Source of the DNA: Octopus vulgaris
Lineage: Eukaryota
Assembly (NCBI GenBank): GCA_951406725.2
Contig: OX597830.1
Coordinates: 67,952,001 to 68,016,000, forward strand
Direction of reading: 5' to 3'
Length of the DNA: 64,000 nt
In this document: positions 11,083-22,745 of the stretch, one piece after another
Layout of the letters: each line of letters opens with the position of its first letter
Position numbering within the stretch: the stretch's first letter is position 1
Program-made: the position numbers and the translations under genes
The notes under the pieces: generated by a model
Told to the model about the DNA's origin: nothing
The model's input: only the letters and a program-made list of their open reading frames with translations
Databases searched by the model: none

Positions 11083-13879
11083 GATGAGATGTGGAAGTGG
11101 ACAACATCTCGGCTGAGTTTCCTGATTCGTTCATCTTATGATGTTTTGCCATCACCTACGAATCTAGTAAGATGGAACGTCTTAGAGAATGACGTCTGCA
11201 AATGTGGAAAAGTCGGTACACTAAAACATATTCTTTCCAACTGTTCGTTAGCATTGAACAGGTACACATGGAGGCACAACTTGGTCCTTAAGGTTATCTT
11301 CAATGCTATAAAGAATCAAATTCATCTCAACAACACTGAGGAAAAATCGTTAAAGGTGATGGCGTCTCATATAAAATCTACAAATACTGCAATCGTCTGC
11401 GAAAGAAGCTCTTCGTCCTAATCCGACAACTGTGGCGCGAGGAGACTATAGTAGAGGATTGGTGTAAGGCAGAAGGTATATACCTGCCGAAAGAGGCCAA
11501 TGCAAAGACCATAAAACAGTTTAGGCCGATATCCTTATTGAATGTGGAAGGCAAGATCTTTATGGGAATTCTGTCGAGGAGAACAGTGACATATTTACAG
11601 AGTAACGGATATGTTGATGAATCTGTTCAAAAGGCCGGAATCCCCGGGATCCCTGGATGCGTTGAACACTGTTTTTCGATTTGGAAAGCGATTCAGGATG
11701 CCAAACAGAACAAGAAAAGTCTGAACGTGGTATGGCTCGACCTAGCTAACGCGTATGGTTCAGTGCCACACAAATTACTAATAACAGCCATGGACCACTT
11801 CCACATTCCTGACAAAGTGATCAAAATAATGAGGATGTACTATGAAAGTTTCGAAATGAGGTTTACAACTGGAAGTTTTACAACAAATTGGCACCGATTG
11901 GAGGTTGGCATTGCTGCTGGCTGTACAATATCTGTCACGTGGTTTATCTTAGTCATGGAGTTGATTTTGAAAGGTGTAGATTTTTCGGAACAAATCGCCC
12001 ATGTACAATCGCCTAAGAAAGCCTTCATGGATGACGTGACACTTCTAGCTACAGATAAACAAATCATGCAGAATGCCCTTTTGAGATTAGACGAACGTGT
12101 AAGGTGGTCAAGGATGCGATTTAGAGCAAAAAAGTCGCGTAGTCTGACATTTGTTAAGGGAGTGCAGAAAGAATTTAAATTTCGAATATCGGAAGAAAGC
12201 ATTCCAACAGTCAAGGAAGAGCCCGTCAAGAGCTTGGGACGAGTATACGCTGGAACATTGTCAGATAGAAGTCGTGGGATTGAAATTATGAAACAGGCCG
12301 AGGCTGGGTTATCAGCGATTGATGTTTCGAAGTTACCATATAAAATTTGGTGCACGCGACTTGCGTGGCCACTTTTAATATACGAAGTAGCATTGTCACG
12401 AGTTGAAAAGATCGAACAAAAATATAATGTGTTCATTAGAAAGTGGCTAGGTCTACCTCGTATGTTGAACAGCTCAGCTCTTTATCGTAAAAGAGGTTCG
12501 TTGCAGTTACCAATAGCATCAATAGTCGAAATATATAAGTTGGGGAAGATACGGACGGTCATGATGCTGAGAGAATCGAAGGATATGGAAATCAGGCGTA
12601 ACCCACCAGAGGTGAAAACAGCCAGGAAGTGGAAAGCAGAAGCAGAAACTGACAACATCTTGTCTTCTCTTACACACAGAGATATGGTGGGAGCAACGCA
12701 GAACCATCGGAAAGGATTTGGTTTTGGCGCGGATCAGTTCAGACCGTTTGCAAGCATGATGCCGTGTGAACGCAGATCTGTTGTTAGCAACAGCGTCAAA
12801 ACAAGAGAAGCAGAGAGAAGAGAGCTTCATTTGATCCGATGTGTTCATCAAGGTCAGATGACGAGATGGGAAGAACATGTTGTTGAGAGGAAGATAAGTT
12901 GGGATGAGATGTGGAAGTGGACAACATCTCGGCTGAGTTTCCTGATTCGTTCATCTTATGATGTTTTGCCATCACCTACGAATCTAGTAAGATGGAACGT
13001 CTTAGAGAATGACGTCTGCAAATGTGGAAAAGTCGGTACACTAAAACATATTCTTTCCAACTGTTCGTTAGCATTGAACAGGTACACATGGAGGCACAAC
13101 TTGGTCCTTAAGGTTATCTTCAATGCTATAAAGAATCAAATTCATCTCAACAACACTGAGGAAAAATCGTTAAAAGTACCATCAAGAGAGTTCATTACCT
13201 TCGTGCGACCAGGTCAGCAGATCCGTTTCAAGAAGAAGACCAAGAAACTTCCTGAGAAAAATGAAAAGTGGAACGACTATTGGGAGGTAACTGCAGATTT
13301 ACCTGGGTGCCAGGTTTTCTTTCCCATCCCAGTTTCGAAAAAACCAGATATTTTGATGTGGTGTGAAAGAAAGAAAGTTTTAAATATAGTCGAGCTAACG
13401 GTTCCTCACGAAGATAATATGGACGCCGCTCGAGCTCGAAAATTAAACCGTTATGAAAACCTCCTCGAGGAATATGAAGACGCAGGCTGGAAAGCGGAAC
13501 ATTTTCCTATCGAAGTCGGATGTAGAGGGTTTGTAGGACACAGCGTGAGACGACTGTTGTTATCGTTAGGCCTAACTCATCGTAAAGTCAATACCACCAT
13601 GACTGATATCCAATCTACAGTGGAGAAGGCTAGCCACTGGATTTGGTTAAAAAGAGACGATGAGCGATGGCTAGAAGTATATTGAGTTCATCATAACCAG
13701 CTGATCTAGCAAGCGGGGCCTCATATCAGTGAGGGAGGCCGGTGCGCATTGATGCCGTCGAGAGGTAGGCCCCGAAACGGCGCGCATTCTCTCCTGATGA
13801 CCCCATACACTTGCTAGCTTCCGATATACGGAGCTTTTAACTGGTAGCACTTGCATGTGCAAGTTGTTTGCAAGATATC
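11083..13879 (+). mobile_element. HERO-like (R2 group) non-LTR retrotransposon, RT plus restriction-like endonuclease, 5'-truncated and rearranged
   Basis: Open frame 11355-13685: FRPISLL, QKAG, WLDLANAYGSV, FMDD, a CCHC finger (CKCG...HILSNC), RHN, and KPD...ELTVP...EVGCRG endonuclease motifs. 27-bp TSD tatgcacgtgcacacacacacaaacat at 11056-11082 and 13880-13906. Confidence 0.9.
13706..13817 (+). ncRNA. Rearranged hammerhead-like structured RNA in the HERO-like 3' UTR
   Basis: GCCGUC (13754-59) pairs with GAAACGGC (13774-81); gagagg (13760-65) with ucucuc (13788-93), followed by CUGAUGA (13794-800); ggggccu (13715-21) with aggcccc (13767-73); cuagcaag (13706-13) with cuugcuag (13810-17). Confidence 0.55.
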
Positions 13880-15231
13880 TATGCACGTGCACACACACAC
13901 AAACATATAATAATGTAGTAATATAATCCTTTTACTTCTATCTTCCCTGCTGGCATGGGTTGGATGATCCAATAGGATCCACTGATTTGGAGGACTGTTT
14001 TGAGCTCCACTGTGATTTCTATTTAAAGCAAAAAGAGAAAACTAATCAGAGAGTATAATTATGAAGTTGAATGGCACTGGCTTCATAAACAAAGGAAGAA
14101 AGACTTTGAAGAATGTACTTATAGTTGGACATTACTAAGCCTTTTACATTGGAAGATAAACACCCAGTGAATTGAAGCAGTCACCTGGTTTTAATTCTCA
14201 GTTTCAAGTCCTAGTTTCAGTTTCTGTTTGAAGAGAAATAAGAAGTTATCATAGCTTTGTATTTCTCTTCCAATAAAATTGTTGTCATGTGCTTTGTATA
14301 AAACAACCAAGATGATAAGTACTATTAAACATCATCATTATCATTTAAACATCTATTTTTCTGTGGTGACACATTGTTGCATAGGTCAATTCTATTGTAT
14401 ATCACAAATCCTATTGACACTGCATAATTTTATTTGTTAAACCCTGCATTCTCATGTCACAGTTCACCATTTCTTCCAGTACCTCATAATTAGTTATACT
14501 CTTCTCTATATACCTCCATTTTCTCAGCCAAACCTCTCAATGTATAAAATGCATCAGAGACAAAGTGGGGTTAACATACAATGACTTTGTTGGCTTTGAA
14601 TGAGCCATATTTCTTTAAGCTATATTCTATTATGAATATGTCATATGGAATCACCTTATGCAGGTTATTCAGAAATCTTGTGGAATTATTAGATCCAGTT
14701 CCAAATATTAGCAGCCTGATAGAAAGAAAGTTTAGAATATTAGTTTTAAAAGGTCTAACAAGACTGGAGTTGCAACTTATTTTCATGGGAGCTACAAAAT
14801 ATTCAACTGTTTTCTATACTCATTTTCCATTCTTTTTAGCCATTTTTTAAAAGTATATGAGATATACTGTATACATTTCATAATCCGACATAGCTTACAA
14901 GTTTTAAACAGTTATTTAAATTGGTTGAAATTCTGTTTCAACCCAGATGATTTCATTCATTCATTCATATTCCATCCATTCATATTCCAGTGTACCATAC
15001 TAAAAACTATAAATAAGATTAAAAGAAATCATGTGTCTTTGTTAATATGGATTGGATTATCACCACCAGATAATCATGTCTCCATTCATGTTTTGCACTA
15101 CAAGTATTCACTTATGTCTTCAAGGTATAATTTGTTGTAAAATTTGAGACTCCATGTTAATGAATTAATGTTAAACAGAACTCCATCATTCCTTCAAACA
15201 TTCAAATTACATCTTTTTTATTTTATTTCAG

Positions 15232-15269
15232 GATATAAAGAAATGGATGCAGGAAAACATAAAATTGAG
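15232..15269 (+). CDS. TRPM-family channel, first visible coding exon (DIKKWMQENIKL-R)
   Basis: Polypyrimidine tract with ttcAG acceptor and AG|GTAATA donor. The 38-nt exon ends in phase 2, matching the next exon. The peptide resembles the TRPM2 N-terminal W-I-x-E-N-I-K motif. Short, so less certain. Confidence 0.6.
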
Positions 15270-15506
15270 GTAATACAAAAGATATATCCCCGGTTTTCAG
15301 TTGTGGTATATAGTGAGTTGAAAAACTTTGATCAGCTGAAATTATCCCAGTAATTAGTAGACAACTTCTTCTAAGGATGTCAATAAGGGAGATAACTCTT
15401 AAGCTTACGTGTTGATTTTCATATGTCTCTTTTTATATGCTTGAGAGATACTAATAATGGAGGGGCCATTGTTAGCCAAGATACTGGTAGGTTATCTTGT
15501 GTCTCC

Positions 15507-15858
15507 CGTTATAAATTTAAATCCAGTCAAAGTATCAAGTTGAAGACAAAGTGAGATAACAAATCTGAATAACATTTATTTACAGGCTCGAAGTTTGGCT
15601 CTCATTAACCATCACTAGCGCAGTGTATCGTCTGCCATGTTGTATGTGTGAGACAGTGGGTTGCTGCTAGTGAGATGAGCTGATTCTAGCATGAGAGGCG
15701 TGCGGGAACAGAGAATGAAAACGATCAAGAGCTGTCTTATATAGGTGTCCTTCCGGAAAGGCCTATTGCGTATGCCCACCGGAAGTTTGTGAGATCTTGC
15801 TCTGGTCTTGAGCAGCTAACGGCTGCCAGTGAGAGCTCAATATGGTGTGTCTGTCACT
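15507..15858 (-). mobile_element. Possible solo LTR-like repeat
   Basis: GC-richer island with a minus-strand TATATAAG (about 15737-15744) and a downstream AATAAA (about 15575-15580). Termini are imperfect and no TSD was confirmed. Confidence 0.25.
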
Positions 15859-16082
15859 CAATATCACAAAAATCGATTCCAGGTGAGAATGCGATCGATA
15901 AAGCCATGGGAACGTGCATTTGTATGCGCAAGTACACCAGCTGTTGCGATCGATACTACATATAGGCGAGAAAAATGCACGTGCAGTTTGTGCAAAAAAA
16001 AAGCCGGCTGGGTTGAAATAATGCCACAAAATGGGACGGTCGGACAAGTTGTTTTGAGAAAATTCGGTTTAAATATTTGACA

Positions 16083-16125
16083 ACTCAGCGTCATTCATTG
16101 AATGGAGGGTCGGGGTGTTTTGCTC

Positions 16126-16168
<43 letters not shown>

Positions 16169-16496
16169 GGGCTTATATAATTAGGGCTTAGTAAAATAAA
16201 TTACTATAAAATAAATTACGATCTATGTACTTGTGATATTTTTCTGTATTTACCCCCAAACCTTCGTGAGCTGTCTGGAGTAAACATTATCTGAGAGAAA
16301 TTTTCTTTAAGTAGTAGAAATGCTAAGAAAATTTTTTTTGGCTGCTATTTCTACTAAGTTCAGTATGTGGCAAAGGTAATTTATTTTACTAAGCCCTAAT
16401 TATATAATGTAATATTTTGAATTCGCCTTAAATGGTCCTTTTACATACTGAACACTTGGTGAAATTGATTAATTAATTAATTTTACCCTCAATTGT

Positions 16497-16564
<68 letters not shown>

Positions 16565-16605
16565 GAGCAAAACACCCCGACCCTCCATTCAATGAATGGT
16601 GCTGA

Positions 16606-16607
<2 letters not shown>
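16083..16607. repeat. Nested inverted repeats separated by (TA)n tracts
   Basis: Outer 48-bp arms at 16083-16130 and 16560-16607 (2 mismatches). Inner arms of about 28 bp, ataattagggcttagtaaaataaattac, at about 16177-16205 and 16377-16404. Confidence 0.85.
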
Positions 16608-16683
<76 letters not shown>

Positions 16684-16684
16684 A

Positions 16685-16767
<83 letters not shown>

Positions 16768-16829
16768 ATATATATATATATACATAATACATATATGTAT
16801 GTATATATATATATATACATACATATATG

Positions 16830-16905
<76 letters not shown>

Positions 16906-16911
16906 TATATA
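16608..16911. repeat. Compound (TA)n/(TACA)n microsatellite
   Basis: Seen directly. Other long (TA)n tracts at 7225-7320, 16499-16560, 19538-19705, 20118-20179 and 40316-40442; (TACA)n at 46140-46332. Confidence 0.97.
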
Positions 16912-16914
16912 GAG

Positions 16915-19537
16915 AGACAGGCTTGGAAGGACTGGAAGACGGTGGTAGCAGGGAATTGTATCAGACAGCCAGAAGGGAAGCTAGGAGACAGATTTATTTA
17001 GCCAGAGGGGAAGCGAATAAGAAAAAATTTGCCAATGTTCTGCGCCATGAGGATGAAAGACTTGAGGTATTTCGTGTTGCAAGACAGTGTGTGAGAGAGA
17101 ATCGTGATGTGGTAGGAGAGAAGTGTGTTCGCATGGATGATGGTTCACTTGCGCTAAATGAGGATGCAAAGAGAGAGGTTTGGAGATGCCACTATGAAAG
17201 GTTGCTGAATAAAGAAAATGAATGGGATAAAGAGAGTCTGCCGAATGTTGACCCAACAGAGGGACCAGCTATCCGAGTTGATAGTTCCGTGGTAGCTAAG
17301 GCAATTAGAAGCATGAAGACAGGGAAAGCCCCAGGCCCATCAGGAATTACTGCAGAGATGCTCAAAATATCTGGCAGTGTCGGCTATAACCTAGTCACCC
17401 GTATAGTCAACCAGGTGATACACGAAGGAGATATACCCAATGACTGGTGTAGCAGCATACTAGTCAACTGCTACAAAGGTAAAGGTGATGCCCTAGATAC
17501 AAATAATTACAGAGGTATCAAGCTGTTGGATCAAGTAATGAAGGTTACGGAGAGGATCATAGCCCAACTAATTAGAGAGAGAGTTAGTTTAGATGAGATG
17601 CAGTTTGGGTTCGTGCCAGGGAAAAGCACCACTGATGCTATATTCCTGGTAAGGCAGCTGCAGGAGAAATACCTAGCCAAAGATAAGCCCCTGTACCTGG
17701 CTTTCGTTGACATGGAGAAAGCCTTTGATAGGGTCCCCCGATCCCTCATCTGGTGGTCAATGAGGAAACTAGGAATAGATGAATGCCTGGTGAGGGCTGT
17801 GCAAGCCATGTACAGAGATGCCGTAAGTAAGGTTAGGGTTGGCAACATGTACACAGAGAAATTCAAAGTAGAGGTTGGGGTCCACCAGGGTTCAGTACTC
17901 AGCCCCCTCCTATTTATCATAGTCCTCCAGGCAATTGTGGAGGAATTCAAGACAGGTTGCCCCTGGGAGCTCCTCTATGCTGACGACCTCGCTCTAATTG
18001 CTGGGAGTCACTATCAGAACTGGAGGAGAAGTTCCAGATGTGGAAGGAGGGTTTAGAATCGAGGGGCCTTAGAGTCAACCTAGCTAAAACCAAAGTACTA
18101 ATAAGTAGAAAGGTAGACAATCCACAAATGTCCTCAGGAAGATGGCCCTGCTCGATCTATAGAAAAGGTGTAGGTAGAAACTCTATAAGATGTACCCAGT
18201 GTAAGCTATGGACTCATAAGAGGTGCAGCAATGTCAAAGGTAGGCTAACTGGGAAGATAGTTTTGTATGTGGCAGATGCTCGGGAGCATTGACCTCCGAA
18301 GATCTGCAGAAAACAACTTCCGTCACTTTGCAAGGGGAAAAATTAGAATGTAGTTGATAGCTTCCGTTATCTAGGTGACCAAGTCAGTAGTGGGGGTGGG
18401 TGCGCTGAGAGTGTAACTGCTAGAATAAGAATAGCCTGGGCAAAGTTTAGGGAGCTCTTACCTCTGCTGGTGACTAAAGGCCTCTCGCTCAGAGTAAAGG
18501 GCAGACTGTATGATGCATGTGTACGAACTGCCATGCTACATGGCAGTGAAACATGGGCCGTGACTGCTGAGGACATGCGTAAGCTCATGAGGAATGAAGC
18601 CAGTATGCTCCGATGGATGTGTAATGTCAGTGTACTTACTCGACAGAGCGTTAGTTCCTTGAGAGAAATGTTGTACCTAAGAAGCATCAGTTGTTGTGTG
18701 CAAGAGAAACGATTGCGCTGGTATGATCATGTGGCGAGAATGGATGAAGATAGGTGTGTGAGAAAGTGCCAATCCCTAGCAGTTGAGGGAACCCGTGGAA
18801 GAGGTAGACCCAGGAAAACCTGGGACGAGGTGGTGAAGCACGACCTTCGAACGTTAGGTCTCACCATGGAAATGACTAGAGACCGAGACCTATGGAAGTA
18901 TGCTGTGCGTGAGAAGACCCAGCAAGACTAGTGAAGCCATAACCCATGGCCCCTACCTGGGACGTAGTCAGTCCACCTGTGCATACCTTCCTGCTTGTGA
19001 TACATGTGAAGACCTGTTGAGGCAAGTGAAAGTCAAATCGAATCAAATCAAATAGATGAACATCAATGGAATTTGTAACCTTGTGGTACCAGTGCCGGTG
19101 GCACATAAGAAAACCATCCGAACGGGACCGTAGCCAGTACCGCATCGACTGGCCCCGTGCTGTGGGCACGTAACAAACACCATCCGATCGTAGCCGTTCG
19201 CCAGCCTCGTCTGGCACCTGTGTCGGTGGCACATAAAAAAAACACCATCCGAGCGTGGCCGTCTGCCAGCCTCGTCTGGCACCTGTGTCGGTGGCACATA
19301 AAAAACACCATTCGAGCGTGACCGTCTGCCAGCCTCGTCTGGCACCTGTGTCGGTGGCACATAAAATCACCCACTACACTCTCGGAGTGGTTGGCGTTAG
19401 GAAGGGCATCCAGCTGTAGAAACACTGCCAGATCTGACTGGCCTGGTGCAGCCTTCGGGCTTGCCAGACCCCAGTTGAACCGTCCAACCCATGCTAGCAT
19501 GGAAAGCGGACGTTAAACGATGATGATGATGATGATG
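16915..19537 (+). mobile_element. Young 5'-truncated RTE-clade LINE inserted in (TA)n; RT broken by about 3 frameshifts; (GAT)n tail
   Basis: GKAPGPSG, NYRGIKLL, QFGF, FVDMEKAFDRV, GVHQGSVLSP and YADD in consecutive ORFs (16915-18056, 18038-18292, 18470-18931). The 3' UTR has tandem repeats. Confidence 0.95.
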
Positions 19538-19558
19538 ATATATATATATACATATATA

Positions 19559-19705
<147 letters not shown>

Positions 19706-19778
19706 TGGCGGTGCCCCAGCATGGCCACAGCTCATTAGCTGAAACTGGAAAAATCAAAATCAAAATCAATATATATAT

Positions 19779-20116
19779 ACAATTGCAGCGTGGAAGGTGT
19801 TTATAAGCCATTTAAGAAACACACAAAAGCCGTTCGATTCACTTCAACATTTAAGTTTAATTTGTCAAAATAATTTCGTCGCTAAAATCCGCGACCTGTT
19901 CACTGACAAAAGTCTGTGCTGCACGGACTTTTGTCAGTGAACAGGTCGCGGATTTTAGCGACGAAAATATTTTGACAAATTAAACTTAAATGTTGAAGTG
20001 AATCGAACGGCTTTTGTGTGTTTCTTAAATGGCTTATAAACACCTTCCACGCAGCAATTGTTTTCGTTTCAGCACACGATCTCAGATCAAATTACTAGCT
20101 ATGCGAATACATCTCC

Positions 20117-20118
<2 letters not shown>
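19779..20118. repeat. Near-perfect palindrome (141-bp arms, centre 19920) of a Penelope pLTR-like repeat, each arm with a variant hammerhead
   Basis: 19779-19919 is the reverse complement of 19921-20061 with about 3 mismatches. Single-arm relatives lie at about 35290-35420 and 48420-48618. Confidence 0.9.
19930..19979 (+). ncRNA. Minimal hammerhead candidate with G3:C8 core swap
   Basis: UUUGUCA / GUGAACA-G / GUCGC-ggauuuua-GCGAC / GAAA-AUAUU-U / UGACAAA. Mirror copy on the minus strand at 19861-19910. Confidence 0.6.
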
Positions 20119-20180
<62 letters not shown>

Positions 20181-20404
20181 TTAATCATATCGAAGGGAAA
20201 TGGAAATTGATAGAAATTTTCACTTTCAGTGGCCTAGCGTGTAAAAATTTAGTCCAAAGACTATGTACTACTCATAAAATACAGTGTACATTTAAACACA
20301 TAAGAAATCCACTCGTGGGATTCAATACGCTAGAAAGAACAGCTAGGTTCCATAACCACAAAATTAGGGATAAAATTCGACAGGAACAAAATGAAAAAAT
20401 AAAA

Positions 20405-20569
20405 ACTTTTACCATCTAGTTTCCTGGACCAATTGGTTTCTGATTTGCCTCATGTTTCATATATTTAATCTAAGGTGTACCTGTTGAAGAAGATTTCACC
20501 TAGCGAATATTATTTATTTGCTAAACTAAAATCAGAAATCAACTTTCCAGGAAACTAGATGGTAAAAGT
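20405..20569. repeat. Small inverted-repeat element (arms about 40 bp)
   Basis: acttttaccatctagtttcctgga...tttctgattt versus aaatcagaaa...tccaggaaactagatggtaaaagt. Confidence 0.8.
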
Positions 20570-21072
20570 GTGTGTATCAATGATATCCAGGTAGGGTTAC
20601 AAGAGACTAACTAGCTCTTAGACGCAGAGGCTATTTTAGTAGTGGTTGAAAAGGCAAAGAGAAGACACAGCACATCTGTGTGTCAGAATTTGATGTATAT
20701 TGGTGACTTCATGCCAGTCAATTGAGTAACCTTTTTCTGGATGTTGCCTTATGATACCTGTATGTGTAGCAGAAGCACCATCCCAGATATAGAATCTCTA
20801 TTCGACTGTGTACCCCATTTTCTTCATTTACTTCTGACGGTAAAATAACTTCTTGTATTCCTTTCAGTTTATTTAAAATTAATCATTATTTTATTTAACT
20901 AAATTAAAAGATGTTTACTTCCATGAATGGATTTATGTATCTACATCTGTGGATCTTTGTATCTTTCATTGGAGTTGTTCTTTTTCTCTTGATATTGTTA
21001 TTTTTATTTTTCTACCTTCCCCATCACAAGTTTATTTCCGTCGTTCATTTGGTTTCTGTTTGTCTTTGATAG

Positions 21073-21157
21073 AAACGCTACAGATGAAGAGCCATCAAAA
21101 CCCTGTGATGCATTTGGTGAGGTAAAGTTTCCAGAAGATGGTTGGAATATTGCAAAG
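21073..21157 (+). CDS. TRPM-family channel exon (NATDEEPSKPCDAFGEVKFPEDGWNIAK)
   Basis: tttgatAG acceptor and AAG|GTAATT donor. Contains the TRPM DAFG-x-x-x-F motif; ends in phase 0. Confidence 0.88.
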
Positions 21158-21419
21158 GTAATTGCTTTTAATGCTTTTCTTTTTAATTTTTATTGCTAAC
21201 GTTTGTCAGTAGAAATTTTATTGAATAATTAGTTCATGATTTTGCCAAAGAATTTCAATAACAGCAACAATTTACATGCATTTTTAAAAATATATTTACA
21301 TACCTTTTCCTTTTCTGGTACAGTTGGCTCTTATTTTTTCCTATTGGTGAGTAATAATGGATAGCAGTACACTTGCACTTAATGATTCTGAAAAGAAAGA
21401 AAGAAGTGTAAAGGTGACC

Positions 21420-22745
21420 TCGTTAAAGGTTCATATATGTGGAGATGGCATGAAAGAAAGGTCTTTCAAATATGGACTCAACAGAGAGACTAGTAATTCT
21501 AGATGGTAGCAGTATCATAAATAAAATACTGAAGAATATAAAAGCAGGAAAAACTCCATGAACCATTAGGAATGACTGCTATAATGTTTAAAATGCTTTG
21601 CAGTGTGGGTTATGGCTTAGTTACTTGTATAGTCAATCAGATTATACAGGAAAGTGGTCTGCCCAGTGACAGGCATTACATTATTACAACCGACTATCAC
21701 AAGGATAAAGAAGATACTAGAGAAAGGTAATCACAGAAATATCGAATAGCTGGACAAAGTTATGGGAACAACTACAGCTCAAATAATTAGAGAAAAAGTT
21801 ACACTAGACGAGATATAGTTTGGTTTTTTATTAGGGACAAGTACTAGAGAAGTCTTTTCTTTTTTAGTGAAGTAACTGCTGCAGAAGCATTTAGTTAAAA
21901 GTAAGCTGCTCTACTGAACATTCATTGGCCTGCAGAAAACCTTTGACAGAGATCCTTATTCTATGATGGTAGTTACAGAGGGAGATAGCAGAAGACAAAT
22001 GGCTTGTGATAGCAACACAAACCCTGTATAGAATGGCTGTTAGAAATAAATTCCACGCAGTGTCCTCAGTGAAAACTATAGAAACACAGGAGTTACATTG
22101 TATCACAGACAGTTTAATAGAGAAAGTAAACTTCATATGCAGCACATGCAAAAAAAATTCTATATGTACATGGGAAATAGATTTTGTGAAATGCCCAGGA
22201 TGATCCTTAGACAGAAAAGATAGTTATTATTACATAGCAGTGGAGAATGTTGTTCGGAAATTATAACGACAAGAATAAAAATTAGGCTGGAGAAATTTGA
22301 AGGAGTTTTACCTTTTGTTGGTAACAAAACATTTCTCTCATTATGAAAAACTGATGGTATGATGATTATGTACGAACGACAGTGCTACATAGACATAGTA
22401 ATGAGATGTGGACTCTAAACACAGTGGATATGCGAAGATGTATAAAATCTGTGTATATGAAGAATAATGTACAAACATATTGAGAAAAATGTGAGCAGAA
22501 AAGGAATTGATATTTTGTTCAAGAGAGAAGACTGTACGAATATGTTCATGGATGGTTTTGGGTGAGGTTAGCTGTATAACGAAATGCTGGTTACTGAAAA
22601 TCGATGGAACTTGTGGAAGAGGGAGATTGGGGTTGACATGAGATGAAATAGTGATCTTAGAACTTTAAATTTCACAGAGATGACAAAGAGGACACCTGAC
22701 CATATGCGGTGCTTGAGAAGGCCACACATCTTGACTAAACATAGG
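21420..22745 (+). mobile_element. Heavily degraded RTE-clade LINE
   Basis: Decayed sequence collinear with the RTE copy at 17250-18930. Confidence 0.65.

Noticed and set aside
16473-17001. YIYIYI-type ORFs (also 19494-19811, 40163-40510, 45870-46418)
   Set aside because: Translations of (TA)n and (TACA)n microsatellites. The apparent N-terminus of the 409-aa ORF at 16827 is the same artefact.
19090-19372. CRISPR-like appearance of repeated hairpin units (also 29055-29570)
   Set aside because: Contiguous tandem units with no unique spacers, no cas genes, and eukaryotic TE context.
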